A DNA stretch of 64,000 nucleotides from Microthyrium microscopicum (Eukaryota), in the NCBI GenBank assembly GCA_010405405.1, contig MU004235.1, positions 944,538 through 1,008,537 of the forward strand, written 5' to 3'. Below are positions 52,101 to 64,000 of the stretch, piece by piece. The position numbers and the translations under genes were made by a program. The notes below the pieces were generated by a model. It was not told the DNA's origin. It searched no databases and was given only the letters and a program-made list of their open reading frames with translations. The first letter of the stretch is position 1. Every line of letters starts with the position of its first letter.

Positions 52101-55100
52101 TCACCACATCCCGCCAGAGTCCTCCCTGAGGACCGATTTGTACAGCTTACGCTTCTTGCCCACCTTTCGACGTGCACGCCACCACTGACCGATTGAATGA
52201 GCAACGCGTGGAAATATCCACTTCTCGCTCGAGTAGCTGGCAACGAAACCTAGAGCTGCGATGACGAGCAGGACAAATTTGAAGCCCGCGTCCATGAAGG
52301 TGAGTTCCATGATTTTGAAGAGTGGTCTTGAGGGTGCTAGGAGGAGGTAGGTGGAAAAGAGGAGGGCGGTCAGGAGCGTCATTAGGAATGGGACTGGCGA
52401 ATAGGTTAGTAAGTGAAGGCATACAATATATAAAAGGACTTACGATTCTGCGTCATTGGCTGCCGGTAGGGCGGGCCGACGCTGAGGACGATGGCGGAGA
52501 GGATGTATTGGTAGCAACTGAGGAGGAAGAGTGCAGTATTCTGGCTGTTTTTGCTGTTCGAGTGGTCGCGGTCGAGTATTGGTGGTTGGTAGAATGGTTG
52601 GCGCTGGACGGCTTCGAAGGCTACGAGTTGAAGGATGATGCAGATGGCAATTTGGCCGAGTAGAGGAATGAGCACTTTGCGCGAGACGAGGCTGGCGGTT
52701 GGCCGCTTGGGTGTCAGAACGGGATAGGGGCCGTTCCAGCCCATGAAGATGGCGATGGGCAGGATGAGTGCTAGATCGATGTAGAGGAATTGAAAGTCGC
52801 CGAGATTTGAAGCGCTGGCATATAGGAAGCTGACGCTGGTGAATTGGATGGCGGAGTAGAGACTCATGTATTTGAAGCAGCTGAAGGAAGTGACGAGCGC
52901 AGCGCGGCCTTCGCGGATGACTTCAGGGACGCAGGAAATGTCAAAGACACGACTGGTAAAGGGCGCCGCGACAGAAGCTTCGGCTTCGGAGAGCGAGATG
53001 CCTACGTCGGCAGCTTTGAGGGCTCCACAATCGTTGGCACCGTCACCACAAAAGCCACAGGAGTAATCGATGCTTTGAAGTTTCTCGACCAGCTCATGCT
53101 TTTCATCGGGGGACATGCGAGCGAATACTTGGCCGTGTACAAGCATTTGCTGAAGGACTCGCTCCGGTGCAAAGTCGACAATCCATCGGAAGACATCGCT
53201 GGTTACAGCGAGACTGTAATTACGAAGACTATGAACGGCATATGGGCCAGCTGCATCTGCGTCGGACGGCGGTGGCAATGGTTTGAGAGTATGTTCATCC
53301 AATTGATATCCCGGGTTATCCACACTCTGCCATTTCAGACGAGACAAAGCTGTATGAGAATCGCCATCGACGAAATGAGGAATGAAACAGTGAGCTATGG
53401 GATCAATAAGCTCGCACTCTCGAGCAACGCTGATTGCTGTCAAGACGTTGTCACCCGTACACATGACCCGGCGGATGTTAGCTCGTCCAAGCTCGTTGAT
53501 AACGTCTGTAGTTGCTGGCTTCAATTTGTTTTCAAAAATGATAAAACCTACAAAGTCTAAACCAGATTCTGCCTGGGCTCTCGACATTTTTTGGGCTTTG
53601 ACCCAATTCATTTTGGGGATTGGCTTGGCAGCACAGGCAATGACTCGAAAGCCACGATGAGTGTAGAATGCAAGGAGATCTTCGTAATCTGGTGGGAAGC
53701 TCTCATGCCGGCAGATATCTGGCATACATTCGGGGGCGCCTTTAACAAAGACATGACCACCCGGTGAGCCAAACTGTCGAACTACTACACTGGCGCGGCG
53801 GAGCTGGGACACAAACTCGAACTGCTTCAGTATACCGAGTTCCAGAGGCTCAGTCTCAGACTCGTCATTTTCCAGTTTTGGGGGTCTGGCGATTGATGGT
53901 GAAAGCTTGGGAAGGTCTTCCGACGTTTGCTGTTCGCCTTCTTCAAAGGTCCAGCCGGTGAACTCAAACATCTTGACGTCCAAGGGGTCTCCAACCAATT
54001 CGCCATCAACTTTGCGCAAGGAATGACAAGTGGCCATAGTGTGTAAAATGACCTGGTTCGGCTGGAATTCAACCTTTTCTTGACGTTTATAGGCGGATCG
54101 TGGGAAGATGGAATCCACCTCGGTCAAAATGTCGCTGAAGCCAGTGCCTTGGGTTACCCTCACTCCAAGGACATCCAGACCCTCTTCAGTCAATGTGCCA
54201 GTCTTGTCAAAACAGACAATATCAAGTTGACCTCCCACGTTGACTCGTTGAGGACTGATGCAAAAAATGTTCTTTTTCTTTAATCGGCTGAGTGCAAAGT
54301 TTGTCCCAATGGTCAAGGTTGCTGGCAAAGCTGGTGGAACGACAATCGTGATCAGGTCCAGAGCTCTCACGATAATCAGTCTCCATTCCAGGCCAAGTTG
54401 AACAAAGTTGATGAAGGATGCTATAAATCCGAATCCTGCAATCATAGCCATGACTGAGATATATTTGAACGAGTCGCGGTAGAACTTGAATCCAGACGGT
54501 TTGGGAAAGAGCATAGAGCGAACTAATGCCCCTTTTGTTGTGTTGAAACCGGTCCTGATCACCAAAGCTAAAGCAGAGGCTTCATCGTCAGAATCACCTT
54601 TTTGAGGTCTTCGTGCTCGAATGATTTTGGTGCCACAGAAGAGAACATGTTTGGCAACATCAGGGTGTATCGCAGATGAACCGAGATTGAGCATATCAAG
54701 CGCCTCATCCGTAGCTGGAGACTTAGACACGGGGACAGATTCGCCAGTCAGCATGCTTTCGTTGACAATGCAATCTCCAGAGAGAAGGAAACTATCGCAA
54801 GGTAATTGAGTCAACCCTGGATCTGTAACTTCGTAGACATCACCAGGAACAAGATCTCCAGACTCGACAAAGCGCCAGAAACCATTCCGAAGAACTCTGA
54901 CATTGCACTCGAACTTGGATATCTCACGTAATCTTTTCATGGTTGCTTTGGTCTCGATGAGTGTTGTTGTGATACTGACAATGGATATCAGGAAAATGCA
55001 GGCTGCATAGTAATAGTACTCATCCATCGACCAAAGTACCAGACTAGCAAGCTGAAATATGTAGAAAGGATGAAGAACCTCGTCAATGAGCAGCTGCGTG

Positions 55101-56241
55101 ATCGTCTTGGACTCGATGTTGATCAGATTCTTTCCGAACACGCGTTGTCGATGTTCTTTCTCCTCGCTATCCAGACCCGACCGGACAGAGCGGACGTTGA
55201 TCCAGCCAGGATCTTTCCAGTTGTTGCTGAGGAGAAATTTGTCTTTCTGGGGATTGAAACAAAAACGTATGTAGCGATAGTCCACGGATTTCAGGGACTT
55301 CAGTATCGGATCGTTGTCCTCATCATACTCGCGCCCAAACTTCTCTTGTATTCCAAATACAGAGGATAGAGGACGGTCGTACTTTTGCTTGAGAATATCA
55401 TGAATGCTCATTTCACCCCATTGATTCTCGATGACCACCCATGAGCTCTCCCTCAGTGGCCGCGCTGCACCCACGAGCTTTACGCGCCACCTGGGAACCC
55501 ATCTGAAGAGCAAATAGCCAATTCCCAGACTTGCTACGCAAAGCAAAATGTAGATTGGAAACCCGATGAATGATGTATCGAACCCCGCGATGACAATTGT
55601 AAGATCCTCGTTCAGGATGTATATCTTTTGACTCGTGCGGCCGTTTCTTCCATAAACACTACGCGTACTAGAGGAGGAGGACATTCGGCGAAGAAGGAGC
55701 GGTTCATCTGAGCTATCACGCCTCGAGTTGTCCGAAGATTTTCGCCGTATCGAGGGTCTTCGATCTGCTCGTTCGACATCTTCATCGTCTGGTGGCTCAT
55801 ACCCATAGATATCTCCCTGGTATAGCTCCTCGCTATCCTCTTCGTCCTCGGTGATTCTACCATTGGTGTCGGCCTCTCTATCAATTTCCTCGTCAAAGTA
55901 TGCAAAGCTCGTGATCGAATCGGATCGTCCACGGCGGTGAGCGAATGAGGCTATACTGGTGGGAACGGATTCTGCAAGAGGGCCCGAGAACATCTATATA
56001 GCGAGTTAACAATGTCGCTATCTCTACCTGTGGATATTGTACCTCTTCAGTCGCCATTTCGACATCTGTAGCGAAGCTGACCCTGCAGAGTATGAGCTAT
56101 TCATTCTACAAAGATAGTGGTAACCTACTGGCTGATATTCGAGCCTTGTCGGTACAAATGTTGCCCAGACATACGCCGCCGCCGGTTGCCATCGTAGGCG
56201 AAGCTACTGCGACGGCTATCTGGCTCGTACTCGTCCGCCAT
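52101..56241 (-). CDS. YPK9: P5B-type ATPase (Ypk9/ATP13A2-like, polyamine/cation transport); 4 exons
   Basis: 1195-aa main exon with LTGES, PPALP (P5B signature), DKTGTLT, KGAPE, TGDN and GDGANDCGALK. Two short 5' exons from ATG 56241; last intron 52394-52443. Confidence 0.95.
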
Positions 56242-56917
56242 GGTTCAAAGGTGCTATCGCACTGGCATATCGTCGAGGAGGGTGATCGATTGCGGGGCTG
56301 GGTCCAGCGCGAAAAAGGGCAAAAGGTTAAAGAACAGAGCAGACCGGCTATGAAGGGTGTCCGTCGTTCGCTTCGTGGCGAGTTCAGCGTAAATGGGACT
56401 GTCGGTACAAGCACAATGGTGGTGATCAAGGTTGTTAAAGGTGCTGGGAGAGGTCGAGCGACAAATGTGGAGTGACCAATCAGATGCCGAGGCTAGTAGC
56501 AAGTTATCCCATCATTGAGCACACACAGCTATCTACTGCTCGTTACTCCATTGTAGAATTAAACAGACCGATTGAGGAGCATGGGAAAACTTGGAGTCAT
56601 TTTTACAATGCAGGATTTTGTAGCTAGACACTCAGGATTGGGGGTGAGAAGTCAACAGATGTGAGAGCCTGGACGCGGTCATACTGTCACCCACAAGCAG
56701 TGCAAATCAAGACGAGGTTTGGTGATCATTTCATTTGGTAATCAGACCGCCGTTGTGAAGCTGCAAAAAACTGTAGCTATGGACATATTGATGTCCTGAC
56801 CCCGCACGCCTTGTCCATGCCGGTTTGTTTAGGGAATTTCGTACACTGAAAGCCGTCAGCCACGACCCGCCCTGGCTAAATCTTTCTCATCCACCTCCTT
56901 CCTCTTCCTCTCCACAT

Positions 56918-57735
56918 CTACACGTTCGAGGGGTATAGCATTATTCGCTGCATCCGTTAGTTCAGTGTCCAAGACAAGCTTGAGTCGTGTACATACGACT
57001 GCAGCACCGAAGCTCTTTGGTGGTAGGTTGTCCTTGAATTGCGCTCGCACAACACCGGAATTGCCATGAGGCCGGGTGATTTTGCCCCAGATCACACGGA
57101 TCTTGGTCTATTCGATGATCAGCTCCATGTTTCCTCGAAACTTTATCATGGTCGGGTACGTACTCCTCGAATCTCCTTCTGTGCGCGGTACACGTATGCG
57201 ACTTTCCTGTCAAGTGGTCAGCAGGGAATCCGAGTCGATATTTGTGGGTTCGGGGAGGCGTTGTCGTAAGCGGTGAGTGGGTGGGAAGCCTTACTTTCCG
57301 TTATAGAACCTGTTCGATGGTTAGCCCGCAGTCTTGATATTGCATCGGAATCCACATACTTCGCGCCATCAATTGTATCAACGCCCTCAATCTGAATTAA
57401 GCTGGTGTTGGGATTGGTGTTGCGTTTAGCACGCTGCGATAGTTAGATATTGTAATATAGTGGAAGCGTGAACAATCCCATACTTGATAGGAGACATGTC
57501 GTCTTTGGATCTCTATGTTAGCGAAATTGGTCTCGTTGGTGGGTTCGATTGCCTTGGTACATACCCTTTGACGTACACTAGAGAATATTAGCAAGCTGTT
57601 GAAGGTATGTGTGTGCCATGTAGGTCAATCAACCGCCCACAGATACGACCCAGATTTTGCGGAGTGGGCAAGTGAGGATTGTGGGACGAAAGGGTGCAAG
57701 GAGATACTCACATCTATGGCCAGCTTCTGAAGGCA
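56918..57735 (-). CDS. RPL33: 60S ribosomal protein eL33 (L35a); 8 exons
   Basis: [38 protein letters not shown]...|[43 protein letters not shown]...|RIMLYPSNV*. The ORF track misses most of it because of microexons. Confidence 0.95.
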
Positions 57736-57868
57736 TTTTCGATTGTATGTAGGAGACAGTTGGAGTATTTAGCGGAAAGGGAGGGGTGGTTGTGGTTTTG
57801 TGTTTGGTCGGAGTGTGTCTATCGCATTGCTGAAGTCGCCCGAAATTTGGTGTGTTCGCACACCAACA

Positions 57869-57875
57869 TCACGTG
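57869..57875. promoter_or_regulatory. TCACGTG E-box (Cbf1-like) in the shared RPL33/F-box divergent promoter
   Basis: Exact motif about 135 bp upstream of the RPL33 ATG. Motif match only. Confidence 0.3.
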
Positions 57876-58004
57876 CGGATGCCAAGACATGATCGGCTGA
57901 CTAAAAGTCTAAACGCATCAAAGCCGATCTATTTTCCCGATCGCCGAATCTAATCTAAGCGTATTACTTACTCCAAGCCGTGTCTTTTACATTTCGTGGC
58001 AATC

Positions 58005-59234
58005 ATGTTCACTCTTCCAGATTTATCGGTCGAGCTGATCGAGGCTATCCTGCAATATCTCGAGCTAAAGGACCATCAATCAATTCGACTGGTATGCAGC
58101 AGGCTTTTCCAGAAAGGCTTCCGCCAGAGCTGCAAAGCGCTCTTCACAGAAATCGCCGTCGAAATTTCCCGACAGAGTCTAGAAGTACTCCGAGAGATAT
58201 CATTGCGGGGAGAGATTGCTTCATTTGTCAAAAAATTACGGATAAACGTAGGCCCTGATGATTCCAGCCTAGGAGCCGGGTTTGGCTGGACGCGACAATC
58301 CAGTGACTGCCTGGAAGATACAAATGAAGCGATACAGATGTTCAGAGAGGCTATACGCCAAATGAAGAACGTTCAGCATGTTGAGATCATCTCATTGGAA
58401 GGACCCGGAACGGCTGAGGAGTCATTTCGAGCATGTCAGGGACTCCGGAATACATATCCACGAGTCACACGCCCAGACTGTCTTTACATGATCCTCCGCG
58501 CCTTTGCATTGGAAGATAAATTGATCAGTTCTTTCCATATCCCTTTCGTTCCAGGCGATCCACCAACGATAAAGGGACCAATAAGTCGAAGACCTTTTAC
58601 CTTCGACAAGCACAAAATCCCAGCTCATGCATTCGAAATATCCGGGCAGCAAGACTTTCGCCGAAACATCAGGCATCTCACACTTCATTTTGGAACAGGT
58701 TACAAGGGCACCTATGAGTTTTTCCAGGATTTTCTCTCCTCTATTGAAGCACTTGAATCTCTTTCGCTAGGATATGGATTTGTCGGATCTATAAAGCACA
58801 TGATTTCAAGTCAGCAATGCCTCGGTCTTAAGCGTCTATCATTATACAGTTTTTGCCTACAAGATGACAGTTTGTCCCTGCTTTTAGCTCAGTGCGGGAA
58901 AGTTTTGAATTCACTAGAGCTTAAGTGTATAACATTAGCTGGAAAATCTTCATGGCTTCAGCTCCTTCACCAGCTACCAGACCTGCTTCCATCTCTCGAA
59001 AAAATAAGTTTGATACGGCTATACGACGCTACCAATCGCCATGATGATAGGAGCAAATTGATACTGTTTCCAGATCTGGAAGGAGTCTCTGCTCTGCCAG
59101 GAGTAGCTCACTTGGGCTTGCGACTATATCATGACAACTATCCATCGGAGGGGTTTGTTAAAGGAGTGACATATTCGGGAGGACATGCTCAAAGGGCGCT
59201 TGAATTTATCGCAAAAGCTGCCGTACAGACTTGA
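58005..59234 (+). CDS. F-box protein with a degenerate LRR/RNI-like C-terminus; intronless
   Basis: MFTLPDLSVELIEAILQYLELKDHQSIRLVCSRL (F-box) followed by LxxLxL repeats (IRHLTL, LESLSL, LKRLSL, LNSLEL). Confidence 0.75.
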   Translation: MFTLPDLSVELIEAILQYLELKDHQSIRLVCSRLFQKGFRQSCKALFTEIAVEISRQSLEVLREISLRGEIASFVKKLRINVGPDDSSLGAGFGWTRQSSDCLEDTNEAIQMFREAIRQMKNVQHVEIISLEGPGTAEESFRACQGLRNTYPRVTRPDCLYMILRAFALEDKLISSFHIPFVPGDPPTIKGPISRRPFTFDKHKIPAHAFEISGQQDFRRNIRHLTLHFGTGYKGTYEFFQDFLSSIEALESLSLGYGFVGSIKHMISSQQCLGLKRLSLYSFCLQDDSLSLLLAQCGKVLNSLELKCITLAGKSSWLQLLHQLPDLLPSLEKISLIRLYDATNRHDDRSKLILFPDLEGVSALPGVAHLGLRLYHDNYPSEGFVKGVTYSGGHAQRALEFIAKAAVQT

Positions 59235-59790
59235 TTGAACCCTCAAAAAACGGAAGACAAGGAGATACAGAGTCAACGAAACATGTACTTGAATTCAGCA
59301 TGATATTGCAAAGGATCTAGAAGTTCTTCTTGGCTCACATCCCAAAGGGCAATGTCATAGAATATAGATCATAGATGGATCGGGCAAGTAACAAATGCAG
59401 ACTGAGTAATCCACAATCGGGACGGACCTAGAAAAAATTCCGGCACTAACCGGATATGTGGATTATTTGCGCCAAATTCCGCCAAACTAACAGCAAGCAG
59501 CTTAGGTTGCCGAAGATGCTCGGAACGTCTTCGCATCATTGGCGGACACAAAGATCTCGCAGAAGGCGTTGATCTCCACAGCCTACACGTACACGCCGTA
59601 CCTTACCAATGTCTGCGGAAAGTCTGCGGAATGGCGGCGCCTTCCTACACAGGTACATGAAGTAACCATGCATCCTACTCCTAGCACAGCTAGCAATCCA
59701 GAAGGAGTAAAAATGTCAGAACCTATATCTCCCTCTCGGAGCTTTCAATTATACGTTCTGGCTTTTTCTGTTCATAAATTTTGAACGGCA

Positions 59791-61478
59791 ATGGATCCCG
59801 ACGCATGCTCAATGACGGGCAAAACTATGAATAAAGAAGTTGACGTTGAGAAAAGGACCCCTGACACCACGGAAGACCACAACAATCCCATCGATAAAGA
59901 TTCAGATGACAGGGCGGATGAAGCCACTGACGACGAGCATGGAGAGAAACTGGATTTGACGCGCACGAAATCTAGCGCCTGGATGTCAGAGTCGTTCTCG
60001 TTACCACAGGAAATTGCCTTTGTTGCAGTTGTCTGCTTAGCTCAACTTTACACGCGTACGTCAACATCCGCCGTTTGATACATCAGACGAAACACTAACA
60101 ATGTTCAGAAATTGGTCTCTGGCAAGCTCTCGTCATTACTCACACCCTTGGCGACTCATTAAAAATCAACAATCCAGGCACCCTCTCTTGGCTTATCGCC
60201 GGATACTCATTGACTGTTGGTACTTTCATTCTCTTTGCCGGACGACTAGGCGATCTTTTTGGGCATAAACGGTTGCTGCTCATCGGCTTCCTATGGCTTG
60301 CTCTTTGGTCCTTGGTGGCTGGCCTTTCCGTCTATTCCAACTATGTTCTCTTCATCTTCGCACGTGTGCTCCAAGGCATCGGATCGGCCCTCATGATGCC
60401 TAATGGCATTGCCGTCTTGGGTGTCGCTTATCAACCTGGTAAACGCAAGAACCTCGCATTCGCTGCTTTTGCTGCATGTGCTCCAATCGGTGGCGCATTG
60501 GGTGCTGTGTTCTCCGCGCTGCTTGCGCTCGCATGGTGGCCATGGTCTTTTTATGTGTTTGCCATTGCTTTGGTCGCCACGGCCATACTAGGATATTTTG
60601 TAATTCCAGATCCTCTACTTGCCGGTAATGCGCGAAAACTGTCTTTGCGGGCGACAATTACCGAGCTGGACTTGCCTGGTGCTACCGTTGGTATAGCTTC
60701 GCTGGTCCTGATCAACTTCGCATTCAATCAAGCTCCCATCGTAGGGTGGTCGGAGCCTTATGTATACGTCACACTTATCATTGGCGTTCTTCTGGTACCT
60801 CTCTTCTTCTATATCGAACTACGCCTATCACCCGCGCCCTTAATCCCCTTCGCCGTTGTCAAAGCAGAGGTAGCTTTCGTTCTGGCTGCTACCGCTTGTG
60901 GCTGGGCAGCGTTTGGCGGCTGGGTGTTTTATCTTGTGCAATTTTGGCAGGTATTGCGAGGCGTCTCGCCATTATTAACAGGTGCCATGATCAGTCCTGT
61001 CATAGTTTCCGGATCACTTGCGGCTCTTGTCACCGGCCTTCTTCTACATCGGATCGGCCCTTCTTGGATAATGATGATAGCAATGGTTTGCTTTACTCTT
61101 GGAAATGTCCTCATCGCAATTGCGCCAGTCGATCAGACATACTGGGGACTCACGTTCGTCGCTACATTAGTGGCGCCGTTTGGCATGGACATGAGCTTTC
61201 CAGCTGCGACAGTGATTCTGAGCAATGCTGTTGGCAAGAAACATCAGGGCATTGCAGGTAGTCTCGTGGCGACTGTCGTAAATTACAGCATCTCCCTGGG
61301 TCTTGGATTTGCTGGAACTGCAGAAGTTCACGTGAACAATGGAGGAAAGACGCCAGAGGACCTTTTGAAAGGCTATCGTGGAGCAGAGTATGTTGGCATT
61401 GGGCTGGCAGCCTTGGGCTTGTGTATCAGCATCATCTTCCTCCTCAAAGAGCGGCAAGGCTCCAAAAAAGTATCTTAG
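59791..61478 (+). CDS. MFS drug:H+ antiporter, DHA2 family (Atr1/Amf1-like); 2 exons
   Basis: SWLIAGYSLTVGTFILFAGRLGDLFGHKR, GMDMSFPAATVILSNAV...HQGIAGSLVATVVNYSISLGLG. Intron ~60056-60108. Confidence 0.9.
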
Positions 61479-61803
61479 TGAGCTTGATATGCTCGTTTGC
61501 GCACTGCAATATACATTACATGGCTTTTCTTCCACAAGTCTACACCGTACTTATCTTGGTATTGCCTTTCGCCAGTGCTAAATACCAAGCTGTCGTGCGG
61601 TAAGAAGGACTGAGAAATGCTGCCTACGTGACCAGGCTGAGCAGGCTGCATATTCAGTTTAAGCGCCTCACCGATCTTCCCACATGCATCAACAAGTTGC
61701 ACCCTCTTTCTTTTTGACCTATATCCTTTTCAACTTGGTAATAACACTCCCACTCAAATTGTGGAAGGTCGCTTTATTCTGTACCATTCAAAGCAGGAAC
61801 ACA

Positions 61804-63594
61804 ATGGATTGTCTAGAGACCTTTCAATATGATCGATATCTCAAGGATGCGTCAACTTTTGGCACATTTGGAGGAGCCTGCTTCTTTGAGGTGGTGAGTG
61901 ATTCGATTTCTTGATCATTGATCTCAAAAGCGTAGAGCTTCTGATTGACGTGATATAGACTTCAGACGGTTTTTGTCGCAGAGGACAACTAGATCATGAG
62001 GATTCTGTCATTAAATGGCTCGACTCTCAAGTAAGCCTCCCAGCAATTGACCTCAAATTTATCCATACTAAACCGGTTTGTTCAAGAGCCAGAGCTCGTC
62101 ATCTGCTTCAGTAACAAGGCTAAGATTGCTGTAAACCTCATCTCCTTACGATGTATTCCAAAGACTGATTTTGGAGGGCTATTCCTCATGCTCTAAGGAA
62201 CAGGGAGAGCTTGCTACCATTGCCTATCTCTAAAACGCTCTTTCATGATATTTCGACCGCTATGCAACTTTGCCCATCTTATTTACAGGCTCTGAGCTCT
62301 GGAATGGCGACTTACCTACGCTCGTGTTCTCCATTGAGTGATGATCGCTGGAAGTGTGCCAGTAAGTCATGCCGAGGACTCTTGAATGGCGTCGAGCGCA
62401 GGCTAATAATGTTTTTATTAGAGTTTATCTTCCAAGAAAACTCATATAGCTCTTGTCCCTTCAGCATCGCTATCACCTATAAAGGTTCTGAATGCCGCGT
62501 TGACGCTCTAATGTTTGGAGCCCCTTTTGTCACTCCACTAGGCGTGTATGATACTCTGATGCTAGAGATCTTTCAATATTTGAATGCGACAAGCCCTCTG
62601 ATAGCTGGACCAATGCTACTGCCAATTATGATCAAGGAGCTGATGGTCAAAATCTGGACTGGATATGTTGATCAATGCCACCAAGAATTATTCGATGTCG
62701 AATTGGCTACCAGAATGAGAAAGGGCCTAGCCAATGTTCCGTATGCCTCCATAACTGATGATACTGTTCCAGAACTAGGATCCATCGACCTCGTCGATAT
62801 TACTCGATCCTTGAACAGTACCTTAACCAAGATAGCATTCTCGAGTATGCAGTGCCAGTCTTCAAGGCGAGTTCTAAGTTTTGTATCTGATATGAACAGC
62901 GACTTTCAGATGAATGTAGCCACTGCTGAACTTTCTCTCCAATCCTTACAGGCACACCTTCAAGCCAAAGTGGAGCATCTGCAAAGCTGGTTCGAGGGTA
63001 TTGAGGCCCGCTGCATTTATTTGACGCAAAGAGCTCAAGCGCAAACACAAACCGTAGGTGTTCCAGAAAGCCACCTTCTCCAATGTGACGCTGATCAATT
63101 TCAAGGTCTACAGTCTCATTGCGCAACGCGATAATGCTGTCAATTTGCGAATTGCGGAGGCTTCGAGAAGTCTTGCAGAGGCCAGTAGACGAGACAACAC
63201 CGCAATGAAAGCAATCGCAGAAGACTCCAAAATTGTAGCTCTTGCTACAGCAAGAGATAGTGCTTCTATGCGTATCATTGCCATCGTCACCATACTGTTT
63301 CTGCCTGCCACATTCACTGCTGTTAGTTTTAACCCTTAGAACATGCCAATTTCATTGATCTAGTACTAACGTGCGGAATTAAAGGCTTTGTTTAGTACAA
63401 GCTTCTTCGATTTCCATCCTCGTAACCCGAGTAAGGTGGTGTCGACATGGGTATGGCTCTACTGTGCAGTAACAGCACTCTTGACATTGCTTATCCAAGG
63501 ATTCTGGTATTACACCTCAAGAAGAAAAGAGAGAGAAATTTCAGAAGGCATATCGATGAGACATATCACCAGGAATGCACGCAATACAACATAG
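61804..63594 (+). CDS. Fungal CorA-like membrane protein (coiled coil plus two C-terminal TM helices); about 7 exons
   Basis: Continuous spliced frame through 6 introns. C-terminus ...ARDSASMRIIAIVTILFLPATFTA|ALFSTSFFDF...WVWLYCAVTALLT. Confidence 0.7.
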
Positions 63595-64000
63595 GTGCTA
63601 ACGGTGCCGTCCAACGCATATCTCAACCAAATTCGATATGAGATGGGAGTAAGAGCGCAGCTCTCCTACCTGAACTAAGGGAAGCCTTATTTATATTACC
63701 AATTGTAGTAATGATAGCTAAGCTCTTGTGTAAAAGAGATTAGCCACGGGGTAGGCAGGATACCTCATTCCACGCATGTATAAATGCGGTGAATCATCAA
63801 AGAATCCTCTCAATTAACAGCTTTTTGACAAAGGCATATGCCAAAAAGTACCAGACATATCAGGACATCTGATGACAGAATATGAGCCGGGTGATTTTCG
63901 ATGTGATGTGGATAACTGCCAGAATAGATTGCTGTTTGCCATATGAAAGTCACATCTAGGAGCCGTCAGTGGAACATAGAATCGGAACTGGACTTTCCGC

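Noticed and set aside
52844..53560. 238-aa antisense ORF in YPK9, and similar shadow ORFs in snf21, HEM1 and the MFS genes
   Set aside because: These are expected antisense or alternative-frame ORFs caused by codon bias in real genes, and have no motifs.

Overview
This is a gene-dense eukaryotic window from a filamentous ascomycete (Pezizomycotina, possibly a Dothideomycete), with short GT-AG introns and CTRAY branch points. I can support about 19 protein-coding genes. In order: an MFS (Dal5-like) 3' end, a WHIM1-type chromatin protein, RPL2, a BAR protein, the RSC ATPase Snf21/Sth1, a small unknown protein, RAI1/DXO, STE12, an orphan, an Mrs2/Lpe10 Mg2+ channel, a metallo-beta-lactamase-fold protein, a heme-thiolate peroxygenase, HEM1, an F-box/Cys-rich protein, the P5B ATPase YPK9, RPL33, a second F-box protein, an ATR1-like MFS pump and a CorA-like protein. 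A full-length 7.65 kb Ty3/Gypsy retrotransposon destroyed by RIP lies at 39865-47519, with 227-bp LTRs and a GCGTT target-site duplication. I see no clearly new multi-gene system. The best leads are a possible unrecognised APC16/Apc9-like APC/C subunit, mirror-image RIP protection of the outer LTR edges with a possible self-priming PBS, an oversized structured intron in RAI1, a ~1.1 kb AUG-free STE12 leader inside an 8 kb gene desert, and sharp C/A-to-G/T strand-skew switches inside several genes. All family calls come from motif recognition and hand translation; no database searches were run.
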